From: a virus
Taxonomy: Duplodnaviria > Caudoviricetes
Direction: 5' to 3' (one strand)
Virus record (IMG/VR): IMGVR_UViG_3300044852_000015
Location: 1-64,000 of that record
Length of the DNA: 64,000 bases
Of the stretch, positions 1 through 10,161 are shown one piece after another; positions within the stretch are counted from its first letter, which is position 1, and every line of letters starts with the position of its first letter. The notes beneath the pieces are model-generated. The model did not search any database. It was not told the origin of the DNA and saw only the letters and a list, made by a program, of their open reading frames with translations. Made by a program: the position numbers and the translations under genes.

Positions 1-1957
1 AGAGGATGTCAGCAATCAGCTTGTTGGCCTTTTGCTTAAGCTCAACCTCTGAACGAAAACGCTCCATGTCTTCCAACAACGACTGGATGGTTTTCTTCTC
101 GTTCAACTTACCGTTCAGGAAAGCCAGACGGGATTGGTGTGCACGCGTTACTTCAGCGATTGAGTCATCACGCATCTCTACCACGTAGTCATCAAACGCA
201 GCTACAGACTTGTCGTAACCTTGACGCAGTTGGGAGTCCATGTGCATAAGCTGTTCGGCTTTCTGCTTCATGACCACCAGTTCACTACGACTTTGCTCCA
301 GTTCAATCATCTGTTCTGTCAGGGACGAGATCTTCTGAGTGTTCTGTTCAATACGCAGCGACAGTTGTTCTGAACCATTGGACTTGCGTAGGGCGTCTAC
401 CGTCAGCTCTAGCTTGTCAATGCGTTGCATCGCACCGTGAACTTCCAACCAGACACGAGCGTCCTTAGAGAAGCCACTGAACTCCGCCAACCATGCTTTT
501 GGTTCGTTGTTGACTGCATCGACATCCAACATCGCATTCCAGAACAGCGACAACGAAGGGTTGTTTGACACTAACGCACGAAACCGCATGAAGTAACCAG
601 AGAACTCATTCGCTTCTTCTAGGTACTTCTCAACCGCTTGCAAGTCCTCGGTAGCGTCTTTCAACTTCTGCCGGAATGTAACGACATCATTCTCAGCATT
701 GATGCGACGAGACTCAGAGATACCCGGTAGCCAACTGTACGAGCACTGTGGGCACTCGGTCTTACAAGCGCCAGCAATGTGTTCCAGTGTCGCTTCTTCT
801 TTAGCCACCCGGTTCGCAAACCCTTCGACGAGCTTCTTGAACTCCAAGCGTTGCTCACGCGCCTGCTGTACGGTTTGCTTGTTGAAGTGTTTATCGGAGT
901 TGTTGGGAATATTGCGTAGTACGTCTCCCAGCTCCTCCTGTACGCTCTCAATGGAATTGAGTATAGCGCGTGGGTCAGCCTCCCCGAAGTCTTTCCACTT
1001 CACCAGATGCGTCTGTAGCTCGTCTACGGTATCCTGTAAACGCTTCAGCTCAGCCTCAGCTTCTTCTAGGGACTCAACGCCCCCACCTTCCACTGTTTTC
1101 TGTAACTGGTGCAGGTCTTCGAGTGCTTCGGTGGTCCACTCACGCAAACCTTTGACGAGGTTCGCTTCCTTATCAATGGTGTTGATTCGGTCCGTGAGTT
1201 CTTCCATGGAACTGAACTTGCCTTTAATGGGATTACCCATCGCGAGCATACGGTCAGCCATCTGACATTCCCAATCAATCATCTTGGCAATGCGTTGTTC
1301 CCCACCGGAGAGGTTACGGTTCGAACGACTGAGGAACAGGATCTCCAGTTCTTTCTGGAGGTGGGCTGCTTCTTCTGCCCATTCGTCAGTGTCACCCAAA
1401 GCCTTGAGTTTCTTCTGCTCGTTCACCAAACGCTCAGACAGCTCTTTAAACGTACCCTGTGCATCACGGGCAGAGCTGCTGTACTTCTTGAACATGTTCA
1501 ACGCGAAGGTGAAGTCAGTGTCGCTGAGCATAGTCAGCCACTTGCGACGATCAGCAGTCGACATATCGGTGAACAGGACTTGACCCGTGACGAGTTCGTG
1601 GATCATGTCGGTGATACGGAATTCTTGCCAGACCAGTTCTTTCTGGACTGAGATGGTACCTCCGGGGTTTAGTTCTACCCCGTTCTTCAGGAAGGAATGC
1701 TTGGCGCTACCCTTAAAGGTAGAAGTGAGCACGTACTCTTGTCCTTCGTGCTCCCACACAGTCATCTTCAGACCACCCTTGATGTAATCCTTGGGGTCTG
1801 CTGGTAACGGGGTTGCATCGTTGACTACAGAACTCTTGCCACTACCGTTAGTGCCTAAGATGATTTGGTACAGGTTGGTTGGCTTGTAGTGAAGACGATT
1901 GATGTTATTCAGCATCAGTCTACGACTGCCTTCCATTAACAGCTCTAGCATTCGCAT
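1..1957 (-). CDS. sbcC: SbcC/Rad50-like SMC-family ATPase (3' end runs off the left edge; absent from the ORF track)
   Basis: Hand translation from ATG at 1957 gives MRMLELLMEGSRRLMLNNINRLHYKPTNLYQIILGTNGSGKSS (Walker A). A long coiled coil follows, with an in-frame zinc-hook CPQC at 754-743 (residues 402-405). Confidence 0.85.
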   Translation of the reverse strand, partial: MRMLELLMEGSRRLMLNNINRLHYKPTNLYQIILGTNGSGKSSVVNDATPLPADPKDYIKGGLKMTVWEHEGQEYVLTSTFKGSAKHSFLKNGVELNPGGTISVQKELVWQEFRITDMIHELVTGQVLFTDMSTADRRKWLTMLSDTDFTFALNMFKKYSSSARDAQGTFKELSERLVNEQKKLKALGDTDEWAEEAAHLQKELEILFLSRSNRNLSGGEQRIAKMIDWECQMADRMLAMGNPIKGKFSSMEELTDRINTIDKEANLVKGLREWTTEALEDLHQLQKTVEGGGVESLEEAEAELKRLQDTVDELQTHLVKWKDFGEADPRAILNSIESVQEELGDVLRNIPNNSDKHFNKQTVQQAREQRLEFKKLVEGFANRVAKEEATLEHIAGACKTECPQCSYSWLPGISESRRINAENDVVTFRQKLKDATEDLQAVEKYLEEANEFSGYFMRFRALVSNNPSLSLFWNAMLDVDAVNNEPKAWLAEFSGFSKDARVWLEVHGAMQRIDKLELTVDALRKSNGSEQLSLRIEQNTQKISSLTEQMIELEQSRSELVVMKQKAEQLMHMDSQLRQGYDKSVAAFDDYVVEMRDDSIAEVTRAHQSRLAFLNGKLNEKKTIQSLLEDMERFRSEVELKQKANKLIADIL

Positions 1958-2051
1958 TATAAATAGCTTCCCCAATGTTACTAACATAAAGTACAGAGCA
2001 CGGATAATAATTAACGTATGATTTGAAAGCCCATCACTAAGGAGCCTCGTA

Positions 2052-2816
2052 ATGGAAGCTACTTGTTTTAAAATCGTCTCCTTAGGTATCGTTGCTGAAA
2101 ACAAGCCGATGCAGAACCCAGACGGTAGTTGGTGCCACACCATTCAAGCCACACCGATTGAAAGTCAGAACATGCTCGACGGTGAACTGAAGTCTAACCC
2201 GACTGCGGTAGAAGTGGACGGCGTGGATGGTTCAGGACAAAGCTTCTCCTCTAAGGCTGTTGTAGACTCGACGGTAGAGGCCACGTGGCTTCCACTGGGT
2301 CAGAACCGGATAACCGCTCCAGACGTTCGTAGGGGCGTTAGAGTGTACCTTTGGCAAGCAGCCGACAGTGATAAGTATTACTGGACGAATGCTGGCCTCG
2401 ATGCTGGGATGTTCAAGCTTGAAACGGTGATCTTTGCGTTCAGTGCGACCAAAGATGAAGGCAGTTCAGGGATCGACATCGACAAGTGTTACTTTATCGA
2501 AGTCTCCACCCACACCAAAGCTGTTACTTTACAGACCAGTTCCGCTAACGGTGAGCCATTCGAATACACCTTCCAGTTCAACACCGCTGAAGGTGCAGTA
2601 ACCCTTGCAGACGATGTAGGTAATTTCTTCGAGCTGGACAGTCAGGCTAAGAAGCTGACCCTGAAGAACCAAGATCAGTCACACGTAATCCTTGACAAGA
2701 CTAAGATCAATATCAAGGCCACGGACGAAGTGATGATCGACGTAGGGGCCACTAAGGTTACAATGACACCTAGCGGCACCATCTGGAAAACACCGAAGTT
2801 CGATGGAGGTAGTTAA
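2052..2816 (+). CDS. Baseplate central spike protein (gp5/gpV-like; phiKZ gp164-like by context)
   Basis: RBS AAGGAG. The N-terminus has an OB-fold-like segment (APDVRRGVRVYLW) and the C-terminus has beta-strand repeats. The stop overlaps the start of a PAAR gene (TAATG). Confidence 0.65.
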   Translation: MEATCFKIVSLGIVAENKPMQNPDGSWCHTIQATPIESQNMLDGELKSNPTAVEVDGVDGSGQSFSSKAVVDSTVEATWLPLGQNRITAPDVRRGVRVYLWQAADSDKYYWTNAGLDAGMFKLETVIFAFSATKDEGSSGIDIDKCYFIEVSTHTKAVTLQTSSANGEPFEYTFQFNTAEGAVTLADDVGNFFELDSQAKKLTLKNQDQSHVILDKTKINIKATDEVMIDVGATKVTMTPSGTIWKTPKFDGGS

Positions 2817-3079
2817 TGCCTGGTATTTCATTAGTCGGGGTGAGTCAAGCGGGTGGGGTCATCACAGGACCTGGAGCGTCTAACTTCACAATAGACGGGT
2901 CACCGGTCTCCTTGTTGGGAGATGACGTCGCAGGACACGGTACAGGAGCCCACGCAGGACCTAAGATGGTTGAGGCTTCTGCATGGATGACTTGGAATGG
3001 GAAACCTGTGGTCCGTGCCGGTAATCACGCCAGTTGTAGTGACGCCGCTAACGGTCACGCTACGTGGTCGATTGAATGA
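2816..3079 (+). CDS. PAAR-like spike tip protein
   Basis: 87 aa, Gly-rich, with the PAAR-type repeats IDGSPVSLLGD and NGKPVVRAG and His/Cys metal ligands (HGTGAH, HASC). Confidence 0.8.
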   Translation: MPGISLVGVSQAGGVITGPGASNFTIDGSPVSLLGDDVAGHGTGAHAGPKMVEASAWMTWNGKPVVRAGNHASCSDAANGHATWSIE

Positions 3080-3081
3080 GC

Positions 3082-3118
3082 GCATAGAGGAGGGCTTCGT
3101 GCCCTCCTCGTTATGCCG
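3082..3118. terminator. Bidirectional hairpin terminator with GCATA/TATGC flanks
   Basis: GAGGAGGGC-ttcgt-GCCCTCCTC between convergent genes, followed by GTTATGCCG. Confidence 0.75.
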
Positions 3119-4363
3119 TCACAAATCAGAACCGATCTTCAGGAAGTACGCTTTGGAGAAACGGAACGGGTTGATGGTTGATTGAGTGTTGTCAATCGAA
3201 TTACCCAAACCCCAGTCCGTGGTTTCAAAGTTGTACTCTGGACGTTGGTTGTCAGCGCCAGCCAGAACGTACGTGTCCCCTTCAGTGATACTCCAGTAGT
3301 CGAAGATTCGACCCTTACCGAAGATCACTGGCCAGATAGGTTTGGTCCGTGTGAAGTAGCGGTCAGGAGTGAGAGTCACAGCCAACTGTTCACGGTCTAC
3401 GTAGACATCGCCGTTGTTGATCACAATCAAGAAAGACTGTGGCAGTGTCAACATAGCTTTGACCACAGCGTCACTGTTGAACTCGGACAACCCAATCTGG
3501 TCGTAACCACCGTTCTTGTAAGTCAGGTGTTGTTCCACACTGGTCAGGTCAATGAACCGCTTAGCATCAAAGAACCAGTCAGCCACGATTTGGTTACGCA
3601 GGTCCAGACTGAATGAGGAATCCCCCATCCGACGGAATGCACGTTCCATAGGTAGCAAATAACCCATGAAGCTGAACATCACCGTCTTACCCACGAATGA
3701 TTCTTCTGTGGAAATGATGGCGTTGATGTTGAGATCGGTACCTGTACCACCGGGGGTGATCATACCCTCAGTGATCGGAATGCACCGTACACCACCGAGG
3801 TCTTTAAAGCTCAGGAGACCAACGTGGTTGTCATTGGAAATCCGACGAGTGGAACTGCCACCGTAGACATGGACGCCGTTGGAGTCGTAGTCTGAGTAGT
3901 GGAGCAATCCATTAACGTCCACCAAACAGTTCTCGTAGAACTCTTGGTAGTTCAGACCCACCTTAGTCAACAGCAAGTCAGTTAGGTCCGCTGGGGAGAC
4001 ATCGTTACCGGGGGCAATGGTGCGGTGTACTGGTGTCAGGGAGTAACCCGCTTGGACGGCGTCACGGTACTGAACGTACTTGGATTTGATCTGTGGGATC
4101 GTGGTCGAAGTAGGTAGGGACTGATTCCCCAATCCGGCTAGCCACTGCGTCAGCGTAGTGCCCGGTTTCACCAGAGTGATCCGACTGCGGACTTCATTCA
4201 AGTCCAAAGACACCTGTCCAACAACCACAGGGTTGGTCAAGATCAAGTAGATCCGAGAGTAATCTGTCCAGAGCTTGAAGACATCCATCCCTGAAAGATC
4301 AACTTCTGACCAACTACCAGTACGACCACGCGTTCTGGCTAACGATTTTACGAGTGAGTACAT
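3119..4363 (-). CDS. Putative virion structural protein (jumbo-phage hypothetical)
   Basis: Long ORF among tail genes. Start moved to MYSLVK (ATG 4363). Confidence 0.6.
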   Translation of the reverse strand: MYSLVKSLARTRGRTGSWSEVDLSGMDVFKLWTDYSRIYLILTNPVVVGQVSLDLNEVRSRITLVKPGTTLTQWLAGLGNQSLPTSTTIPQIKSKYVQYRDAVQAGYSLTPVHRTIAPGNDVSPADLTDLLLTKVGLNYQEFYENCLVDVNGLLHYSDYDSNGVHVYGGSSTRRISNDNHVGLLSFKDLGGVRCIPITEGMITPGGTGTDLNINAIISTEESFVGKTVMFSFMGYLLPMERAFRRMGDSSFSLDLRNQIVADWFFDAKRFIDLTSVEQHLTYKNGGYDQIGLSEFNSDAVVKAMLTLPQSFLIVINNGDVYVDREQLAVTLTPDRYFTRTKPIWPVIFGKGRIFDYWSITEGDTYVLAGADNQRPEYNFETTDWGLGNSIDNTQSTINPFRFSKAYFLKIGSDL

Positions 4364-4466
4364 GGCTAAATTCTCTTGAAGGGCGGAACACGAGCCGGGT
4401 AATAGTATGGTGCGTATTCTTTTACAGGCAACTATAACATTCGCTGTTTTAACAGGAGTCAACGGT

Positions 4467-6746
4467 ATGGCGCAAACCTATACTTACCCTTTTGACCCTA
4501 CCGGTTCGGCGACATCGAACGCTGTTGCTAACGAGCGACACGTCCTGTCTCCACCGGCATGGAAGGACTTTTACTTCATTGTCCCTAAGCAAGCCCCTTA
4601 CTTCCGGGACTCGTTGCGCGTTATCCATCGTCCATCGGGTAAGCTCCTCGTCGAAGGTGTCGATTACCACTGCACGCACTATTTCCACGCAGCTTCACAT
4701 GGCGTGGCACGGCGAGTGTATGGTTCGATCACGATGCTCGACAAGACGCTCACTGGTGTCCTCGAGATCAGCTACCAGACCATTGGTGGCGATTGGATTC
4801 TGGATGCGTCGGCTGACCTCACCCGTCTGACCAATACGCAAACGAACCCTCGAATCACTACGTGGGAAGAAGTGGTTGATGTCCCATACCAGTTCCCCCC
4901 GATTGACCACGAATGGAACCTTGAAGACCTGAAAGGCGTTGAAGCCATCCTTCCGATTCTGGATGAGATGACTGCGGCCATTCGTGAGTCGGCAGGTTCC
5001 TCGTTTGCAACTCACATTGCGGACAAGAACAACCCTCACTCAGTCACCAAAGACCAAGTGGGACTCGACCAAGTTCAGAACTTCCCGTTGGCGAACATTG
5101 CAGAAGCCCAAGCTGGCTCCCTCAACACTCGCTACATGACGCCTGTTCGCACCAAGAACTTCGTTGACTCCTACATGGTTCCGTTGCTGGACAACCACAA
5201 AGCTGACCTGAATAACCCTCACGGGGTTACGAAGACACAAGTGGGTCTGAGTGCGGTTCAGAACTACGGGGTTGCTACCCAAGCAGAAGCAGAAGCTGGT
5301 ACGGCAACCAACAAGTACATGACGCCGTTGCAGACCAAACAAGCCATTGCTGCATTGGCGACTACTGGTCTGACTGCTCACTTGGCAGACGTGAACAATC
5401 CGCACGCTACAACCAAAGCTCAAGTGGGCTTGGGTAGTGTGGAGAACTTACCTGTCGCGAGCATTGCTGAAGCACAAGCGGCTTCTCGTAATGACCGTTA
5501 CATGACGCCACTGATGACAGCTACGCAGATCCAGGTCTTGGTAAAAGACTCGATGGATTTGCACATCAACGCTACCAACAACCCACACTTGACTACTAAA
5601 ACTCAGGTTGGTTTGTCGAACGTGTTGAACTACGCTCTGGCTACTCAAGCCGAAGCTGAAGCTGGTCTGATCACCACGGCGTACATGACTCCGTTGATGA
5701 CCCGTAAAGCGATCGAAGCGATTGCGACGGGTTCGATTGGTGCTCACTTGGCTGACAACAACAACCCTCACGCCGTTACTAAGGCGCAGGTTGGTTTGGG
5801 TTCGGTACAGAACTACTCGATCGCCAGTACCGTCGAAGCTCAGTTGGGTACGTCTACGATTCGCTATATGACCCCAGCCACCACGGCTGCGGCTATTGCG
5901 GCGTTGGCCGGTGATGAACTGGAGGCCCACGTAGCCAACACCCTGAACCCACACAACGTCACCGCTGCTCAGGTGAACGCCTACGACAAAACGCAAACCG
6001 ATACTCTGCTCGACTTCAAGTTGGGTAAGACTGATAATGCGGCCAACGCGTTGAAGCTGGAAGGTCGCAGTTACCAAGACGTACTGGATGCTGCGAAAGC
6101 TCAGACGTCTGCCAACTCGCTGAAGCTTGAGGGTAAGTCCTTAGCAGAAGTGATTGCTTCGGTGACTACGGGTGACGTGGCTAACTCCCTCCATTTGGAA
6201 GGTAAGTCGTATCAGGAAGTTCACGACCAGATCATCGCGGACATTCCGTACGCTGTTCAGTTTGAAGTTCCCCAGTACGAAGACGTATTGGTGGGTACTA
6301 CTAACTGGACTCCGGTGTTGATCGCCACTCCCGACTTCAGTACAACTGACTTCGATAACGTATCGGTGTTGATCAACGCCAGTACCGAAGTGGCTGACCT
6401 GAGTACGGTGACGTTGGTTCGGGTTAACATGACGACCCTGTCGGCCTCGGCTGTAGTGTTGTCGGGTGACCCTGCGAACATCCAACTGCGCTTTGCAATT
6501 GTGGCCGGTACTCTGCGGATCTGGAAACACATCGACGCTGACATGACAGTGGTTACAGTGACTGTTCTGGGTGGCACGAAGTTCGTCAAGTTCGAAGATG
6601 GTGCTCCGATCTCTACTGTGGTGCCTGCGGGTACCTCGGTGATTCCAACGATCGGCTACAGCAACTCGGCTGACGTGGAAACGTTGATCGCCAACATGAA
6701 GACGTCGTTCGACACCCTCACGACTGCACTTACCGCCCTGGGCTAA
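4467..6746 (+). CDS. Tail fibre protein with six HxxxxxNPH...QVGL...YMTP repeats
   Basis: Start moved to MAQTY (RBS AGGAG). N-terminal YPFDPTG..N...NE.H module, six ~60-aa NPH repeats, three AN.L.LEG.S repeats and a beta-rich C-terminal domain. Confidence 0.8.
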   Translation: MAQTYTYPFDPTGSATSNAVANERHVLSPPAWKDFYFIVPKQAPYFRDSLRVIHRPSGKLLVEGVDYHCTHYFHAASHGVARRVYGSITMLDKTLTGVLEISYQTIGGDWILDASADLTRLTNTQTNPRITTWEEVVDVPYQFPPIDHEWNLEDLKGVEAILPILDEMTAAIRESAGSSFATHIADKNNPHSVTKDQVGLDQVQNFPLANIAEAQAGSLNTRYMTPVRTKNFVDSYMVPLLDNHKADLNNPHGVTKTQVGLSAVQNYGVATQAEAEAGTATNKYMTPLQTKQAIAALATTGLTAHLADVNNPHATTKAQVGLGSVENLPVASIAEAQAASRNDRYMTPLMTATQIQVLVKDSMDLHINATNNPHLTTKTQVGLSNVLNYALATQAEAEAGLITTAYMTPLMTRKAIEAIATGSIGAHLADNNNPHAVTKAQVGLGSVQNYSIASTVEAQLGTSTIRYMTPATTAAAIAALAGDELEAHVANTLNPHNVTAAQVNAYDKTQTDTLLDFKLGKTDNAANALKLEGRSYQDVLDAAKAQTSANSLKLEGKSLAEVIASVTTGDVANSLHLEGKSYQEVHDQIIADIPYAVQFEVPQYEDVLVGTTNWTPVLIATPDFSTTDFDNVSVLINASTEVADLSTVTLVRVNMTTLSASAVVLSGDPANIQLRFAIVAGTLRIWKHIDADMTVVTVTVLGGTKFVKFEDGAPISTVVPAGTSVIPTIGYSNSADVETLIANMKTSFDTLTTALTALG

Positions 6747-6792
6747 CTCTGCGGGGCTTTCGAGCCCCAAAGATTATTTAAAGGTATCAACA

Positions 6793-7167
6793 ATGACCAT
6801 TACGGCTGCTATACTCACTGGCCTGAAAACCAGTGTTGACAACGCCTTAACGCTCGTCTCGGGGTTAATGAAACACGTACATAAACGTACAGTGTCTGAG
6901 TTCGTGACCGTGGCGGCTGGGGCAAACAAAGAGTACGACTTGCAAACCCTTCTGGGGGCTTCACACGCAGCGTTTGATAAAGACGCAGCGCGTGTCAGCG
7001 TGCGGGTTAAGGATGCGGTGTCTGGCTCCAGTACACTCAACATGTACATCAACTCTGAAGCGATGGTGGTGAACGCGGTGCGGGCTAACCGTTACATTCG
7101 CGTGCTGAACATCAGTGATGCTTCGTTGGATCTGCATGTTCGCATTGACGTACCTCGACTTCCTTAA
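6793..7167 (+). CDS. Small tail-fibre-associated protein
   Basis: 124-aa ORF with RBS AAGGT, lying between fibre genes. Confidence 0.6.
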   Translation: MTITAAILTGLKTSVDNALTLVSGLMKHVHKRTVSEFVTVAAGANKEYDLQTLLGASHAAFDKDAARVSVRVKDAVSGSSTLNMYINSEAMVVNAVRANRYIRVLNISDASLDLHVRIDVPRLP

Positions 7168-7177
7168 GGTGTAAACC

Positions 7178-10144
7178 ATGGCTAACTTAGCATTAAGCGT
7201 TGATCCAGGGTATTACCTCGCGGCTCAAAACGCTAGTTGGATTCTGGACCCGAACGTGGACTTCGTTAGCTTTACTAAAGACGGCCCTTCACCGGCTATC
7301 TCCAAGTACATCGCTTACGATACTCTGGTGCCTCCGAATCCGTTCATTGCGGTAACACAGGACGGTAACGGGAACGTCGTTTACGATGGTGGCTTCCCTA
7401 AGTTCTACAACAGTGTAGCCCCCGAGGCTGGTTTGGACCCGCTCTTCAGTATGGAGTATCGGGGCACTCGAACCGCAGGGGCCACTGGTAACACGTACTA
7501 CTACGATGCCTTCACGGATCTACAGGTGACGATTGCTGCTGGTGACCGGTTGGTTTACGACATCTGGCAGAACAGTGTTGATGCTCGTGTGGGTATTGAT
7601 GCCATTACGACGGTGGATGTTGGGGTAGACCCCACTCACTATTCCTTACGTGATTGGGCTACCCCCCTTGCGGACCAAAACGGTCTCGGCATTCACCCGG
7701 CTACTCCCTTGGGTGGTCTTTCAGTCAATCAGTGGTATCACCGTGAGTTTGACCTCACTCCCTGCGCTGGATACCGATTTGTAAAGTGGAGTCTGGCTTA
7801 CGAAGGTGAGATCGCGGGGACGTTCTACACCCGCTTTAAAGAAGTGTACATCGTGGACTCGACCGGTAAGGTGAAAGCCGTACTGTTCAAAGACACGATC
7901 AGGCTTCCTAACTCCACCTCCACTGAGGCTGGGGCTTCGGGTTACACCGGAACCAGTAAAGAGATCTACGACCCACGGTCGCACTTGTCCGCTTCGTTCA
8001 AGTACTTGTTCAACGCCATTCGATGGACAGCCAACCCGGCTAAGGTGGCGGCTGGTAACAAGAAGATCTTGATTTTGGGTGACGTGGTCTCAACGGGTAG
8101 CTACGCCATCAAGAACACCGGCGCGACAGGCTTCTTCACCAGCCTCACTAACCTGTGTACCGCCGTGGGGTTCACCCCGACCTTCAAAGACACCTCCGAC
8201 TACGTGGGCGGTTACCTCAATGTCACCTTGGCTGAGATGTCGGATTACGCTTGCATTTTGGTCATGGGTTCTCTGGGTGGATGGGATGCAAAGATCACCG
8301 ACGCTTGTGTAACGGACATGCAAACCTTCCGTATTAACGGTGGGGGCATCATCCTGATCACAGACGACGGTCCTGACCTCAACAACGTTACTGAGGCTTA
8401 CCCTGCACCCCAAGTGGCTCGTCAGTTCTTTGTGACAGTGAACAAGATCGCCGTTAACTTCGGTGCGTACTTCACTGGTAACTACGACAGGACTCCGGTC
8501 AACGTGGGCTACCTGCGTGCGAACTACGGTGACCATCCGCTCTACTCGGGGATGTTGGATTCCGAGAGCATCAATGCTGGCGGGTCTGAATCGAAAGTGG
8601 TACTGGCGACGTTCCAGAAGTACACCGCTGCTAACATCCCGAACGTGTCGATCGCCAACAACGGGATCAACTCGATCAAAGCCATTGCGATGATGAAGGA
8701 CGGTACGGTTGAGCTTTACAGCTTTGTGTACATCATTGCCACGGGTCAGTTGTTGAAGATTCTGGATGCTGACGGGGTGGAGATCAACTCGCTACCTACC
8801 TCATTCAGAAACACCCGGACCTTCTCAGTGCAAGTGTTGGGGGCTGGTCTGGGGACTATCGTGGGGGAAGTTCTACTCAACGCCGACAAAGTGGCTGAGT
8901 TGAGCTACTCCGATGCGTTGGGTTCTGTCGAGTCGTGGTACGGTGGTGGTAGTCAGCTTATCCCCGTAGCGAAAGGTGACGTGTTCACCATTCGCATCAC
9001 CAGTCCGTTCCAGTATTCTCGAACGTTACCAGTGAACCGTAACCAACCTGGACTTGGTCCAGCGTACAAGCTACCCGTGTTGCTCAAGTCTATTCAAGCC
9101 GACGGACTCTCAGGGGTTCATGTGAACACGGTGTTGAAGAATGCCATAGCGCAGATGAATTTGGATTATTCGCACCTACAGAATTACCTTCACGGTGATC
9201 CTGCGACTAATCTGAAAGTGTTGCGGCAGTATTTCGCGAGTACTCTGGAACTACCGCCGACAAAAGGTTACATCTATCCTTCATCGGCGGCAGCTATCGA
9301 GGCCATGAGTCGACTGGTACCGCCCTCGCAAGAAACAGTCTTTAATACGTGGTCACGCTTCTCCAACAACGCATACTTCCCCGGTGGAGTAGGTGCTACC
9401 GGTGAGGCGGCAGCATGGACGTGGGATGCAGCCAAACAAGCGGCTGTGATGCCACTGAACTCGAACACGTGGTTGGGCTTTGTGTCTCCGGACGTTACCG
9501 ACACTTATGAGATCGACGCAGTCATTCAATCTGACGACCTCGACGATGACACCAACGGAATCATCTTGTCGTTCGCACTGTCTCCTGACGGTCTGACGAA
9601 CAGTCGTTTGTGTCTACAAGTGAACCGTGGGGGTAACAGTCCACAGGCTTCTCACTCAGTGGCTGTGAACGGTAGCTCCGTTGCCATCGTATCGACTGAC
9701 TTCGCTGGCCGACAACCCACGCCAAACGGTGGGGATGGATGGGCTGGTCGCTTTACTCGGGTGAAGATCAACCGCAACGGCGACAACTTCAAGATCCAAG
9801 CCAGTCAATGGAACTCGATGTTGTTAGATCCTGCGTCGCTGATGCAGTTCACGTTGAACGATAAACCGGAGCTTGCTCAGTTCAAAGGGGCTAAACCTTG
9901 GGGGTTCATCAACATCTCTCAAGCGAAGTCTTACTTTAAACTGAACTCGTTCAAGGGTGGTCAGCTTTACGACATCGTAATTGACGTCGCCACGGGTCGG
10001 GTTTACCGATACTCCAACGGGGGCTGGGCGGTTCTACAGAACCTCGCGGCTAAAAACATCTTCGGTGCCCCACGAACCATTGTGAACTCGGAAACCGGTG
10101 CGCAGTTCCATCTGAATGCCGACGGCTCGATCACTGCACTTTGA
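7178..10144 (+). CDS. Large modular tail fibre/receptor-binding protein
   Basis: 988 aa, beta-rich and G/N/T/W-rich. The C-terminal segment (SDDLDDDTNGIILSF) looks lectin-like. Flanked by fibre genes. Confidence 0.65.
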   Translation: MANLALSVDPGYYLAAQNASWILDPNVDFVSFTKDGPSPAISKYIAYDTLVPPNPFIAVTQDGNGNVVYDGGFPKFYNSVAPEAGLDPLFSMEYRGTRTAGATGNTYYYDAFTDLQVTIAAGDRLVYDIWQNSVDARVGIDAITTVDVGVDPTHYSLRDWATPLADQNGLGIHPATPLGGLSVNQWYHREFDLTPCAGYRFVKWSLAYEGEIAGTFYTRFKEVYIVDSTGKVKAVLFKDTIRLPNSTSTEAGASGYTGTSKEIYDPRSHLSASFKYLFNAIRWTANPAKVAAGNKKILILGDVVSTGSYAIKNTGATGFFTSLTNLCTAVGFTPTFKDTSDYVGGYLNVTLAEMSDYACILVMGSLGGWDAKITDACVTDMQTFRINGGGIILITDDGPDLNNVTEAYPAPQVARQFFVTVNKIAVNFGAYFTGNYDRTPVNVGYLRANYGDHPLYSGMLDSESINAGGSESKVVLATFQKYTAANIPNVSIANNGINSIKAIAMMKDGTVELYSFVYIIATGQLLKILDADGVEINSLPTSFRNTRTFSVQVLGAGLGTIVGEVLLNADKVAELSYSDALGSVESWYGGGSQLIPVAKGDVFTIRITSPFQYSRTLPVNRNQPGLGPAYKLPVLLKSIQADGLSGVHVNTVLKNAIAQMNLDYSHLQNYLHGDPATNLKVLRQYFASTLELPPTKGYIYPSSAAAIEAMSRLVPPSQETVFNTWSRFSNNAYFPGGVGATGEAAAWTWDAAKQAAVMPLNSNTWLGFVSPDVTDTYEIDAVIQSDDLDDDTNGIILSFALSPDGLTNSRLCLQVNRGGNSPQASHSVAVNGSSVAIVSTDFAGRQPTPNGGDGWAGRFTRVKINRNGDNFKIQASQWNSMLLDPASLMQFTLNDKPELAQFKGAKPWGFINISQAKSYFKLNSFKGGQLYDIVIDVATGRVYRYSNGGWAVLQNLAAKNIFGAPRTIVNSETGAQFHLNADGSITAL

Positions 10145-10161
10145 ATAAATAGGGAATAACC

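Noticed and set aside
6-1787. Several + strand ORFs of 60-188 aa
   Set aside because: Antisense to the SbcC-like gene.
1981-2025. Late TATG promoters upstream of the spike and SbcC genes
   Set aside because: A 4-nt motif is too common to call without transcript data.
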